64,000 nt of DNA from a virus (lineage: Duplodnaviria > Caudoviricetes): IMG/VR virus record IMGVR_UViG_2706795248_000001, positions 3,618 to 67,617 of that record; one strand, written 5' to 3'. The notes beneath the pieces are model-generated. The model was not told the origin of the DNA. It did no database searches and saw nothing but the letters and a program-made list of their open reading frames with translations. How positions within the stretch are numbered: the stretch's first letter is position 1; each line of letters starts with the position of its first letter. Below, in pieces: positions 30,223 to 39,329 of this stretch. A program made the translations under genes and the position numbers.

Positions 30223-32768
30223 TCCTCGTCGACGGCCTTGCGTGCGATCCCCTTGAACGCGTAGGCCGACGTCACCTTCCCGTTCTTGCGCACGCTGACC
30301 GACTTGGTCGTGATCCCGTTGTCGCGCATCCGAGCCATGAACTCGCGCTTGTTCATCGGTTCGCGGATCTCCTCGCGCTTGGCCCACTGTCGGTAGAGCT
30401 CGAACAGCGTGCCGGTGACGATCTTCCCGTTCTCGTCGGGGACAGTCATCTCCGACAGGAACGTCTGGAAGGTCGACGTTCCGGCGATGAACTTCTTCTG
30501 GCGCTGGCGTACCAGAACCGGCATGTCGGCGTCGAGACCTTCGGCGAGGTAGTCGATCAGCCCGTCGACGAGCCAGGAGAGTACGGCGCGCAGTGCGTCG
30601 GGGGACGACTTGATTGGGTCGCTCTCGACTGCGCTCGGCGGGACCTGCCGGTCGAAGGGGAGCACGAGCAGACGGCGCCAGAGCGCGGCGTCGCCGTCCT
30701 CGATCGTCGGCATGGAGTTCGTCGCGACGATCGGGGTGAACATCGGGGTCTTCTGCACGATGGTGTTGCTGTACAGCGCACGGGCTGAGACCGAGTCGCC
30801 GCCGGTGAGCCGCTTGATCACATCGGAGTGCAGCTTGTTGCGCTGGCCGACCTCGGAGGCGAACACGATCCGGCGGGGGAAGGCGTTGATCACCTCGGGC
30901 ATCGGGCCCGAGTCGCGCTTCTGCCGGAACAGACCGTTGAGGTCGATCGACCCGGCGTAGTCGCCGAGACAGGCCTGCATCGCTTCGAGGATCGTCGTCT
31001 TGCCGGTCGACGTCCCGCCCTGGATGAAGATGATGCGGCGCTGCGGGTTCCCGCCGAGGAAGGCGTAGCCGAACACCTTCCGGACGTACCGGCGGTAGTC
31101 CGGGTCGGGCAGGAACGTCGAGAGGTAGCTCTCCCACTTCGGGTGCGTGTAGCCAGGCTCGTAGGCGGTCGAGGTGTGTTGGAGGATCAGGTCTTCGGGC
31201 TTGCCCTTACGGCACAGCGCGTCGTAGTCGTCGACGAGACCCTTCTTCGCTGCGGCCTCGCGCAGGTCGAGCACGCCGTTGCCGACACCCCAGGTCAGCG
31301 GGTTCGTGTCGAACTCGGCCGGGTCGATCGGGTTCTTCGAGAGCACGTGGGCCATCGACATCGAGTGCTCGATGATGGTCCGGTTGCCCGCGGTGACGGC
31401 GCGTTTGTCGAAGGCTTTCGCTGCCTTCAGGGTTTCGTCGGCCTCGGACATACCCTGCTCTTCCTCGACCTCGGCCCGCGCGTAGTGGCTGACCGCGGCA
31501 GCGCGGAGAGAGGCCTGCACCGACTGGGACCAGAGCAGCCCGTAGGTCTCGGCCTTAGTCAGCTTCACCAGTCGGCCGATCTCCTCGTCCCACCAGGCCC
31601 AGTCGTCGGTGCCGGTCTTGATCGGACGGACGACGTCGCCGAGCGCGTCGAGGAACATCTGTGCGCGGCCGGAGTCGCTGTCCTCGTACTCGCTGGCGTC
31701 GACGATCGTGTTGCGGCGCTCGATCATCCGCTTCAGCATCTTGTCGCGGAACGCCTCGATGTCGATGTCACCGTCCTTGGCGGTGTACCCGCCGACGGTC
31801 GAGATCCGAATCAGGTCGTCGGCGATGTCGGCGCGCAGCTTCGAGACCTCGCCGCACAGCGCGCGGCGCCACTCGCTCTTGGCCTGCAAGATGTCCCGAC
31901 GGGCCTCGCCACCTTCGGCCCCGCCCAGGGTCTCGGTGAGGAAGGCCTTGCGGACGCGGCTGATCGCGAGCTTCAGACCGTGGTGGCCCTCGGCCGCGAG
32001 CTGCACGACCTCGTGCAGTCGGCCGAGCATCATGTCGTGCGCGCCGGAGGACATCTCCTCGGCCAGCTTCTCGGGATTGGTGGCCCGGTTCATGTGGCCG
32101 GACGGGTCCTCTTCGTAGCCGGGGATCTCGGTTTCGAGCCACTGGACGGCCTCTTCGACGTCGTCGATCTCCTCGATCACGCGCGTCTGACCGGCCTCAC
32201 CCTTGCACAGATGCTCGATCCACGGCTCCGGCAGGCTCGGCAGGTCGCTGACGTGCGGCGGGCCGTCCATCGGCTGCTCGTCGAGGTCGTACCAGCGGTA
32301 GACCCGATCCTCGGTCTCCGACGGCCACGCGACGGCGTACCGGTGGGTGCGCTGGATCACCTCGATGTCGGGGCCCGGCTTGCCCTTCCACTTCAGGTCG
32401 GCCGGGACGAGGAAGAACCGAATGCCCGACGGGTTATCGGGGTCGCGCGAGGTCGAGCGGTACGTCATCGGCAGCGGGCCGAGCTCGTCGATCAGATCGC
32501 GCAGGGTCTCGTAGCCGTGCTTGTCGTCGTAGTCGTCGACGTCGAGACCGATGACCTCCCAGGCCATGCCGGCGACGAAGCGCGGCATCCGGAGGCCGAG
32601 GTTGGACTCGGGGATCTCCTCGATCCAGTCGGTGATCTGGTTCTCGTCGGGGTAGGGCTTGTTGCCGGTGGTGTCGTCCGGCGGCGGGTACTTCATGCCC
32701 TCGGGCAGCGGCAGTGGGCTGTGCCAACCGGCGTCGAGGTAGAGGTCGGCGTGGTCACCGTAGATCAA
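30219..32768 (-). CDS. Bifunctional primase/polymerase fused to SF3 (D5/P4-like) helicase
   Basis: IGLDVDD...RSTS...SGIRFF; Walker A GGTSTGKTT; VFASEV; IKRLTGGD; ALWRRLLVLPF. Confidence 0.93.
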   Translation of the reverse strand: MIYGDHADLYLDAGWHSPLPLPEGMKYPPPDDTTGNKPYPDENQITDWIEEIPESNLGLRMPRFVAGMAWEVIGLDVDDYDDKHGYETLRDLIDELGPLPMTYRSTSRDPDNPSGIRFFLVPADLKWKGKPGPDIEVIQRTHRYAVAWPSETEDRVYRWYDLDEQPMDGPPHVSDLPSLPEPWIEHLCKGEAGQTRVIEEIDDVEEAVQWLETEIPGYEEDPSGHMNRATNPEKLAEEMSSGAHDMMLGRLHEVVQLAAEGHHGLKLAISRVRKAFLTETLGGAEGGEARRDILQAKSEWRRALCGEVSKLRADIADDLIRISTVGGYTAKDGDIDIEAFRDKMLKRMIERRNTIVDASEYEDSDSGRAQMFLDALGDVVRPIKTGTDDWAWWDEEIGRLVKLTKAETYGLLWSQSVQASLRAAAVSHYARAEVEEEQGMSEADETLKAAKAFDKRAVTAGNRTIIEHSMSMAHVLSKNPIDPAEFDTNPLTWGVGNGVLDLREAAAKKGLVDDYDALCRKGKPEDLILQHTSTAYEPGYTHPKWESYLSTFLPDPDYRRYVRKVFGYAFLGGNPQRRIIFIQGGTSTGKTTILEAMQACLGDYAGSIDLNGLFRQKRDSGPMPEVINAFPRRIVFASEVGQRNKLHSDVIKRLTGGDSVSARALYSNTIVQKTPMFTPIVATNSMPTIEDGDAALWRRLLVLPFDRQVPPSAVESDPIKSSPDALRAVLSWLVDGLIDYLAEGLDADMPVLVRQRQKKFIAGTSTFQTFLSEMTVPDENGKIVTGTLFELYRQWAKREEIREPMNKREFMARMRDNGITTKSVSVRKNGKVTSAYAFKGIARKAVDED

Positions 32769-32779
32769 CGTGGATTCTC

Positions 32780-33184
32780 CTAAATGTCCTGCTCACGGAG
32801 CAGAACCTCATCAACGGACTCGAAGTAGAGCCCGCATCCTGGGCAGATCAGGGGGTAGGCGAGATAGTCGCGAAAGTAGCTGGCGTGAGCCGGGCAGAGC
32901 ACGGCCTGGCGGACGATGAGACCGGCGACGAACTGGGTCGAGCTGAGCGGGTGTCCCTTCTCGATCAGCTTCAGCGGGTTCGATCCTGGCCAGCAGGTGC
33001 AGAGCCGGAGGTAGTAGACCTTGGTCCCGCGAGCTTGGCAGCCGTTGGGATGTATCTCGGCGAGCTGGACCTCGGGCAGGACGGTGCGAGTGGGGTCATG
33101 GGCCTCCCAGAGCATCCGCCGAGAGTCGCAGATGAGACCGTTAGGCTCGAAGTCGAGATCCCGGAGGGTCTGATCGAAGTCCAC
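32780..33184 (-). CDS. Hypothetical Cys-rich protein
   Basis: SD AAGGAG before GTG 33184; several C/H pairs. Confidence 0.65.
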   Translation of the reverse strand: MDFDQTLRDLDFEPNGLICDSRRMLWEAHDPTRTVLPEVQLAEIHPNGCQARGTKVYYLRLCTCWPGSNPLKLIEKGHPLSSTQFVAGLIVRQAVLCPAHASYFRDYLAYPLICPGCGLYFESVDEVLLREQDI

Positions 33185-33488
33185 GGGTCTCCTTGGGTGA
33201 TCGGTTCTGGATGAGTTCACCGCCGTAGATCCCCTCGGCGAGCGGGTCGAGCTGCGCCGCGGCGAGACACTGGACGCGCTGGGTGCAGGCCTGGCACACG
33301 GCCTTGGCCATCTCGTGTCGGCCGCGGCGCGCGACGGCGCTCTCCCCCTTCGCGTTCTTCTCGCCGCCGCCGTCGAGCTCGGCGTCCCAGAGCCAGGACC
33401 CCTGGAATCGGGGCTGGCAGCAGGACGCTTCGCGACGGTCGACGGCGAGCTGAGCGGGGGAGAGCAGGCCCAGCGGGATCGGGGTCAC
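33141..33488 (-). CDS. whiB: WhiB-family transcription factor
   Basis: C...AKAVCQACTQRVQC...EGIYGGEL. Confidence 0.82.
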   Translation of the reverse strand: MTPIPLGLLSPAQLAVDRREASCCQPRFQGSWLWDAELDGGGEKNAKGESAVARRGRHEMAKAVCQACTQRVQCLAAAQLDPLAEGIYGGELIQNRSPKETRGLRSDPPGSRLRA

Positions 33489-33757
33489 GCCTTCGGGTTG
33501 GGGGCTCGGATGATGTGCTCGCGCACGACTTCCGGGTCGAAGTAGACCTGGATGCCCTGGATCTCCAGTCGCTCGGCGACCAGGCGCATCATGTTCTCGT
33601 TCGAGATGCCCTCGTCGGGGTCCCAGTCGTCGTCAAGGCGCTTCACCGGGTGGACGTTGCTCCCGGCGCGCAACTTGCCCTCTTCGTAGTCCTTGGCCAC
33701 CGAACCCACCGTGGCGGTGAGTCGCTCGGCGACCTGGACCGGATCGAGACGTTTCAC
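33485..33757 (-). CDS. Hypothetical protein
   Basis: Coupled overlaps on both sides. Confidence 0.7.
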   Translation of the reverse strand: MKRLDPVQVAERLTATVGSVAKDYEEGKLRAGSNVHPVKRLDDDWDPDEGISNENMMRLVAERLEIQGIQVYFDPEVVREHIIRAPNPKA

Positions 33758-34230
33758 TGTGCGGACCCCGCTTCCATCAGTGCCTCCACGCTTTCACGGT
33801 AGTAGCGAACCTGCTTGGGCCCGAGCGGACGCACGCCGACGATCCGACCCTCCCGTTCCCACCGACGCAGGGTCGGCCGGGACACTCCGAGCATGGTCGC
33901 CGCGGTGTTGGCGTCGATGGTCTCGCGGATCACCTTGCGCAGCTCGGCGATCTTCTCCGGCGAGGCCTTGCGCGGGAGGGACTTCGAGTCCGACCGGCGC
34001 GACACCTCCAGGCGCCAGTTGTAGATCTCCTCGATGATCAGCTCATAATCGTCGATGAGGGTCTTGACGGGGACCCGCTGGTGAGCACCCGCCGTCCGGC
34101 TGACCGGCAGGGTCTTCATCCCGCCGGGCTGGTTCAGACAGCGGCGAAACACCCATGCGGGCACACCGAGCAGGACCGCGGCCTGGTTGATACTCACCAG
34201 GTTGTCGATCGTGATGTCAGTGCCGCTCAT
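33754..34230 (-). CDS. Tandem HTH (MerR/excisionase-like) DNA-binding protein
   Basis: SINQAAVLLGV and AATMLGVSRPTLRRWEREGRI...RYYRESV. Confidence 0.85.
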   Translation of the reverse strand: MSGTDITIDNLVSINQAAVLLGVPAWVFRRCLNQPGGMKTLPVSRTAGAHQRVPVKTLIDDYELIIEEIYNWRLEVSRRSDSKSLPRKASPEKIAELRKVIRETIDANTAATMLGVSRPTLRRWEREGRIVGVRPLGPKQVRYYRESVEALMEAGSAQ

Positions 34231-34260
34231 GTCCTCATTCCTCGTTTTGTTTCGGTTGTT

Positions 34261-34992
34261 TCACAACTGTATCAGACCACGGTCGATTCCCTCCTTCAGC
34301 AGGGGCCATGCGCGGAAGACCTTCGCGCGCTGCTCGCGCACCTTCCGGATGAACAGCAGTGCGTGGCGGTCGGCGTCCCTCGCGTGGCGGCTGCCAGAGA
34401 CCCAGAAACCCCACTGCTTCAGCCGCTCGTCGGTGATCGTGGTCTCGGCCTCGCTCGGCTGCTGCTTGGCGGCTTCCGGGGCGATCCGCTCCATCCAGAG
34501 CAAGGTGTCGAGGCTGGAGATCAGCCGCACCGGCGAGATCGCGTCGCGCTTCTTCGACTGGGTCCGCAGGATGAAGTCCTCGACGACCACCGTCGCCGCG
34601 GGGACCCGGCCGCCGAGCCGGATCAGCCGCTCCATCATGAACACGCCCGCGGCTTCGCCGGACGCCGAGCCGCCGAGGTCGATCCCCTGCGCGGCAGCGG
34701 TGTTCGAGATCTGACCGGAGTTCGCGCCGCAGTCGATCTCGCCGTGGTACCAGTCGAGAATGGTCTCGTGCGGCCGGACGGTCTTGTCGAGCAGCTTCTT
34801 CGGGTCGACTCGCATGATCGACCAACCGGTGGTTCCGCCCGGGTCGAACGCGACGACGTTGAGCCCGAGGTCGAGGCGCTTCGCAATTCGTCTGTCATCC
34901 ATCGCGGAAACCTTCTGCTCGAAGGCAGTATCGAGGTCGGCCATCGCCGCGCGCCGGTCGAGCCAATCGGCGGGGGCCTCGGACGGCTTCAC
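34261..34992 (-). CDS. ruvC: RuvC-like Holliday junction resolvase
   Basis: VVAFDPGGTTGW...VVVEDF...HARDA; GTGA-coupled start. Confidence 0.85.
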   Translation of the reverse strand: MKPSEAPADWLDRRAAMADLDTAFEQKVSAMDDRRIAKRLDLGLNVVAFDPGGTTGWSIMRVDPKKLLDKTVRPHETILDWYHGEIDCGANSGQISNTAAAQGIDLGGSASGEAAGVFMMERLIRLGGRVPAATVVVEDFILRTQSKKRDAISPVRLISSLDTLLWMERIAPEAAKQQPSEAETTITDERLKQWGFWVSGSRHARDADRHALLFIRKVREQRAKVFRAWPLLKEGIDRGLIQL

Positions 34993-35216
34993 AGGCCGAC
35001 CTCGTCGGCGGTCACGGTGACTTCTTGTTGGACCGAGGGCGAGTTGAGGTTCCACGTCACCCGGGCGACGCAGTACAGACGACCGTCTGCCTGGAGGTGC
35101 TCATTGACGGCCGGGACCCGGAAGCCAGTCCCGACGGTGTCGTAGCGGTACGTGACTGTTCGGGGTCCCATCAAAGACTTGAGCTGGTAGTGGACAACAA
35201 CTGTCGGTTTCATCAT
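34989..35216 (-). CDS. Hypothetical protein
   Basis: ATGA overlap with dnaE stop. Confidence 0.6.
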   Translation of the reverse strand: MMKPTVVVHYQLKSLMGPRTVTYRYDTVGTGFRVPAVNEHLQADGRLYCVARVTWNLNSPSVQQEVTVTADEVGL

Positions 35217-38200
35217 TCCTCCAATTCGATCAGGGTGAGTTCTTCTGCCTGGATGCTCGGCCCGTGCCCGTCGCGGGAGATGCCGAGTACGTGGACCGCG
35301 GTGTTCTTGGTGACCGCCGCCAGCTCCTCGGCGAGGTCGGGGTAGAGGAACCGGTGGACGTAGATGTGGACCTCGATCCCCTCCCCGTCCTCGGCGATCA
35401 CGGTGGCCTTCGTCGACTTCTCCGGCGCCTTGTCCTCGGCGCGCAGCTCCTCGACCGGACGGCCGGTGCGCTTGCGCAGGGCCTCGAAGTGGTCCTTGAT
35501 CACCACCTCCCGGACGAGGCCGATGAACACCACCCGCTCGTCGACGCACTCCAGAAGCAGGTCCGAGCCGGTGTTGTCTCCGAGCAGGCCGACGTCGCCG
35601 TCGTCGATCGCGGTCTCGACGGTTGCGACGGCGCGTGCTGCCCGGTTGATTCCGAACGGGTCCGGGTTCGACGACATCTCGTTGAGCCGCTGGACCATCT
35701 TCGCGCCGACGCCGGGGATGCCCTTCGACGGTTCGTCGGGCAGGGTCTTACGCCCCTTCTTCCCGGCGACGTACCGCATGTCCTCCCAGTGCAGGTTGAG
35801 CAGTCCGAAGTCGATCGGTCCGGTCTTGTCGGGGTTCGCTCGTTCATCGCGCCACTCGACCATCTTCTGACCGACCTTCTCGCCGACGCCTTCGACCTGG
35901 GTGAATCCGGCGCGGACTGCGCGGGGCCCGCGGAACTGGGCTCGGATCGGGCTGCCGTCCTCGCGGAGGCCGCGGAACTCGTCGGTCCACACCGGCTCCC
36001 AGGTCAGTTGTGAGCTGGCGAGGGTCGGCGGGACGATACTGACGTCGTGTCGCGTTGCATCCTTCATGAGGGCCAACGACTGATCCTTGTCCGCGCGGCG
36101 CAGCGCCGCCGCGAAGAACTCGCGGGGGTAGTAGAGCTTCAGCCAGGCGAGCCAGTAGCCGACGACCGAGTAGCAGACGGCGTGCGCGATGTTGAACAGG
36201 TAGCTCGATGACGCGGCCATGTAGTCCCAGAGCTCGCGGGCCTCGCTCTCGTTGAGCCCGACCGCGCTCTTCATGCCGTCGCGGAACTCCTCCCAGAAGG
36301 CCTCGAACGCACCGCCCTGCTTCTTCTTTCCGATGATCCGGCGCAAGGCACCGACGCGTTCGCCTGGCATCCCCGCGACGCGGCCCATTCCCATCACCTG
36401 CTCTTGGTAGACCAGGCAACCGTTTGTGGTCGAGAGAACGTCGTTCAGCGCCGGGAAGCCCCACCAGTCGCGCGGCTCCTCCTTGCCCAGCTCGACGGCC
36501 TCGTAGTGCGAGGTCTGTCCGGAGATCAGCGCGCCGGGACGAGACAGCGCGTTGATGTCGGCGAGGTGGCGGAACTCGAACTTCGTCGACCCGGCCAGCG
36601 CGTTGACGATCCCGCGGGTGGTCCGGCCGTCGAACTGGAAGATGCCGGTCAGGTCACCCATCCCGAAGATCTCGTCGAAGACCTGCTGGTTGTCCCGGGG
36701 CAGCGCGTAGAGGTCGGTCCAGGACATGCCGATCCACCGCAGGCAGTCCGAGATCAGGCCCAGCGTCGACAGCCCGAGGATGTCGAGCTTCAGCATCCCG
36801 AGGTACTCGGCGTCGCGTTTGTCGTAGGCGATGCCGCGCCGGACCACACCCTCCTTGTTCTGGGTGTAGATCGCACACGTCTCGACGATCGGCCGGGTCG
36901 AGATCACCAGCCCGGCAGCATGGATGCCGAGCCCGCGGTAGTCGCCCTCGATGTCGGCTGCCATGCGCAGGTCGGGGTACTTCGCGACGATCTCCTTGGC
37001 CCGGTCGAAGCTGGCGATCGCATCGACGACTGAGTAGTTCTCGCGGGGGTCGCCGTCGTCGCGGTCGACGATGAGATCCTTCAGCTCGAAGACCTCGGAG
37101 AAGTCGGCCAGCTCGTGCGCGCGAGCGACGTCGGCGATGGCCGTCCGGCCGCGGTACCGCGTGTAGTTCGCGATGTGGCTGGTCTTCTCCGCGCCGTACT
37201 TGGCTGTGGCGTAGTCGAATACGGCCTTCGGGTCCTCGAAGTCGATGTCGATGTCAGGGTCGTCCGGCCGCGACGGGTCGATGAACCGCTCGAACTGCAT
37301 GAGCGGGAACTCCATCGGGTCGACCTCGGTGATGCGCAGCAGGAAGCAGACCAGCGACCCGGCAGCCGACCCGCGGCCGGGACCGACCCCCATCTTCGCG
37401 ACGTCCTTGGCCCACCGGACCAGGTCCGCGGTGACCAGGAAGTAGTCGCAGAACCCCTTCTCGTCGAGCATCCCGAACTCGTAGTGGATCCGCTCCAGGT
37501 AGGCATCGGTGTCGACGTCCCACCGTGCCGCGAAGCGGGGGTCGGTGCTCGCGCGGAACTCGATGCCCTCGTTGATCCACTTCTTCAGCCGGTCCGGCGC
37601 CGACATCTGCGGGCCCCGCTCGATGAAGACGATGCGCTCCGACTTCGGCAGCTCGACGTTGCACCGGTCGGCGATCTCGCGTGCGCCATCGAGCGCGGCG
37701 TCGCCCTCTGCGTCGCTGAGCAGGCAGTCGGCGAGCTTCTGCCGGACGACGTCGTCGGACTCGGGGTAGGTCAGCCGGACGTCGTACTCCCAGTCGGCGT
37801 CCTGTGTCGACACGGTGCCGCCGCGGTGCGCCGCGTGCAGCATTCGCTGGATCGCGTTCTGCTCGGGGTAGGGGTAGTGGACGTCGGCCGTCGCGACGGT
37901 GGGGATGCCGTCGGCCGCGGAGACATCGGCGAAGAACTGGTTGAGCAGCACGGCCCGGTCCAGCTCCGGGAACATCTGCATCTCCAGGTAGAACCGGTCG
38001 CCGTAGCACCTCTGGAACTTCGCGATCAGCGCGCGCGTGGCGTCGACAGACTCGTCGTCCCAGTCGTCGCGCCGGTCGCCGAGGGTCTTGCCGCCGAGCA
38101 GCGTGCAGGAGATCCACGAGTCGGCGCACCCGCTGGTCACGATGAGCCCCTGGGTCAGCTCCGGGTTGAGGATCTGGTTCAGGTGCAGGCGGGGGACGTA

Positions 38201-38521
38201 CTTGGTCTGCTCCCAGGCCAGGCCGACGAGTCGATTGAGGTTGCGGTACCCCTCGGCGTTCATCGCGAGCACGGTCTGATGGAAGTGCCGACGACGGGGC
38301 TCGTCGGCCGGGGCGATGTCGAACTCGCATCCATAGATCGCCTTGATCCCGGCCTCCTTCGCGGCCTGCTCGGCCTGGACGTGCGAGGAGACGTTGCGGT
38401 GCTCGGTGAACCCGACGGCGTCCATCCCCAGCTCTTTCACCCGATGGACGTGTGCGCGGGGTTTCCGGTAGCCGTCGCCGTGCGAGAACGAGGTGTGGGT
38501 GTGCAGCGAAACCCACTTCAC
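35213..38521 (-). CDS. dnaE: DNA polymerase III alpha subunit (DnaE-like)
   Basis: PHP HTHTSFSHGDG...TEH...DVHY; GRGSAAGSLV; PDIDIDF; LKLDILGL; YLFNIAHA; start GTG 38521. Confidence 0.97.
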   Translation of the reverse strand: MKWVSLHTHTSFSHGDGYRKPRAHVHRVKELGMDAVGFTEHRNVSSHVQAEQAAKEAGIKAIYGCEFDIAPADEPRRRHFHQTVLAMNAEGYRNLNRLVGLAWEQTKYVPRLHLNQILNPELTQGLIVTSGCADSWISCTLLGGKTLGDRRDDWDDESVDATRALIAKFQRCYGDRFYLEMQMFPELDRAVLLNQFFADVSAADGIPTVATADVHYPYPEQNAIQRMLHAAHRGGTVSTQDADWEYDVRLTYPESDDVVRQKLADCLLSDAEGDAALDGAREIADRCNVELPKSERIVFIERGPQMSAPDRLKKWINEGIEFRASTDPRFAARWDVDTDAYLERIHYEFGMLDEKGFCDYFLVTADLVRWAKDVAKMGVGPGRGSAAGSLVCFLLRITEVDPMEFPLMQFERFIDPSRPDDPDIDIDFEDPKAVFDYATAKYGAEKTSHIANYTRYRGRTAIADVARAHELADFSEVFELKDLIVDRDDGDPRENYSVVDAIASFDRAKEIVAKYPDLRMAADIEGDYRGLGIHAAGLVISTRPIVETCAIYTQNKEGVVRRGIAYDKRDAEYLGMLKLDILGLSTLGLISDCLRWIGMSWTDLYALPRDNQQVFDEIFGMGDLTGIFQFDGRTTRGIVNALAGSTKFEFRHLADINALSRPGALISGQTSHYEAVELGKEEPRDWWGFPALNDVLSTTNGCLVYQEQVMGMGRVAGMPGERVGALRRIIGKKKQGGAFEAFWEEFRDGMKSAVGLNESEARELWDYMAASSSYLFNIAHAVCYSVVGYWLAWLKLYYPREFFAAALRRADKDQSLALMKDATRHDVSIVPPTLASSQLTWEPVWTDEFRGLREDGSPIRAQFRGPRAVRAGFTQVEGVGEKVGQKMVEWRDERANPDKTGPIDFGLLNLHWEDMRYVAGKKGRKTLPDEPSKGIPGVGAKMVQRLNEMSSNPDPFGINRAARAVATVETAIDDGDVGLLGDNTGSDLLLECVDERVVFIGLVREVVIKDHFEALRKRTGRPVEELRAEDKAPEKSTKATVIAEDGEGIEVHIYVHRFLYPDLAEELAAVTKNTAVHVLGISRDGHGPSIQAEELTLIELEE

Positions 38522-38814
38522 AGAAGCCCCTCCCTCTTCAGCAGGATCTCGGCGTTCTCCCGCGCCACACGTGAGAGCTGCGATGACCGGCCGTACCGGG
38601 CGCGGAAGAACAGCTCGTCGCGCAGCTTGGCCTGACGCTTCTCGCTCTCGGTCAGCCGGTTCCATTCGGGCAGAGCGCGCGGTCGAATCCACCAGTGGTG
38701 ATCGGGGTGGCCCTCTTTCAGTCGGCAGACCAGTGTTCCGCCGGTCTTCGATTCCCTGGTCGCCGGGCACGGGGGCGTCACTTTCAGCGTCGGGACGCGG
38801 TTGACGATGGTCAC
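38518..38814 (-). CDS. Hypothetical protein with C...CxLxxGHxxHH motif
   Basis: GTGA overlap; CPAT...CRLKEGHPDHH. Confidence 0.65.
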   Translation of the reverse strand: MTIVNRVPTLKVTPPCPATRESKTGGTLVCRLKEGHPDHHWWIRPRALPEWNRLTESEKRQAKLRDELFFRARYGRSSQLSRVARENAEILLKREGLL

Positions 38815-39020
38815 TGCTGGCCGTCCTCGTGGTAGAAGTCGACCGCCGCCGACACCGCCGCAGCCCGCTCGTCGTTGAACAGGCTCATCTTCGCGGTGCG
38901 CAGAATCGGGCGCTGGAGATCCGGGGGAAGCCGGTGCCAGCAGGGGCCGCAGGCGAACAGGTGATTCCTCACCCGACTCCCACAGCCGCCGGGGCATCGG
39001 TGGTGGGTAAGTCCGGTCAT
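38811..39020 (-). CDS. Small Zn-binding hypothetical protein
   Basis: SD GGAGGA; CPGGC...CGPCWH. Confidence 0.7.
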   Translation of the reverse strand: MTGLTHHRCPGGCGSRVRNHLFACGPCWHRLPPDLQRPILRTAKMSLFNDERAAAVSAAVDFYHEDGQQ

Positions 39021-39066
39021 GGTTCCTCCAAAGTTGCCGGAAAATCCGGGGGAAGTTGCTGAGCAA

Positions 39067-39106
39067 ACTTTAACAGTTGACGTCAAGCGACGTCAAGCGA
39101 CGTCAA
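39067..39106 (-). promoter_or_regulatory. Leftward promoter TTGACG-18-TAAAGT within three TTGACG copies spaced 10 bp apart; contains TTGACGTCAA palindrome (39077-39086)
   Basis: Minus strand: TTGACGtcgcTTGACGtcgcTTGACGTCAActgtTAAAGT. Confidence 0.7.
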
Positions 39107-39323
39107 GGTGTCGCTGTCCCCGCGAGCCGACGAGCCACTTCTTGAACGTGATCATGTCGTGGGTGCGGTTGTAGGCCGCGATCTCCTCGGGGTGGTCCGA
39201 GCAGGCGTTCTCGCGCTCGATCTCCTGTCGGTACCGCTCGGCACGGTACTCGTCGACCTGACGGGCATGAGCGACCGAGCACTGCACGTGCGAGGCCGTG
39301 CAGCGCAGATGCGGCGCCAGCAC
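39093..39323 (-). CDS. Small hypothetical protein
   Basis: EYRAERYRQEIERENAC...ITFKKWL; coding-like. Confidence 0.65.
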   Translation of the reverse strand: MLAPHLRCTASHVQCSVAHARQVDEYRAERYRQEIERENACSDHPEEIAAYNRTHDMITFKKWLVGSRGQRHLDVA

Positions 39324-39329
39324 CGCCGG

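Noticed and set aside
33754-34230. Excisionase-like HTH as evidence of lysogeny
   Set aside because: No integrase, attP-like region or CI-like repressor seen; such HTHs occur in lytic phages. A few kb outside the window are unseen.
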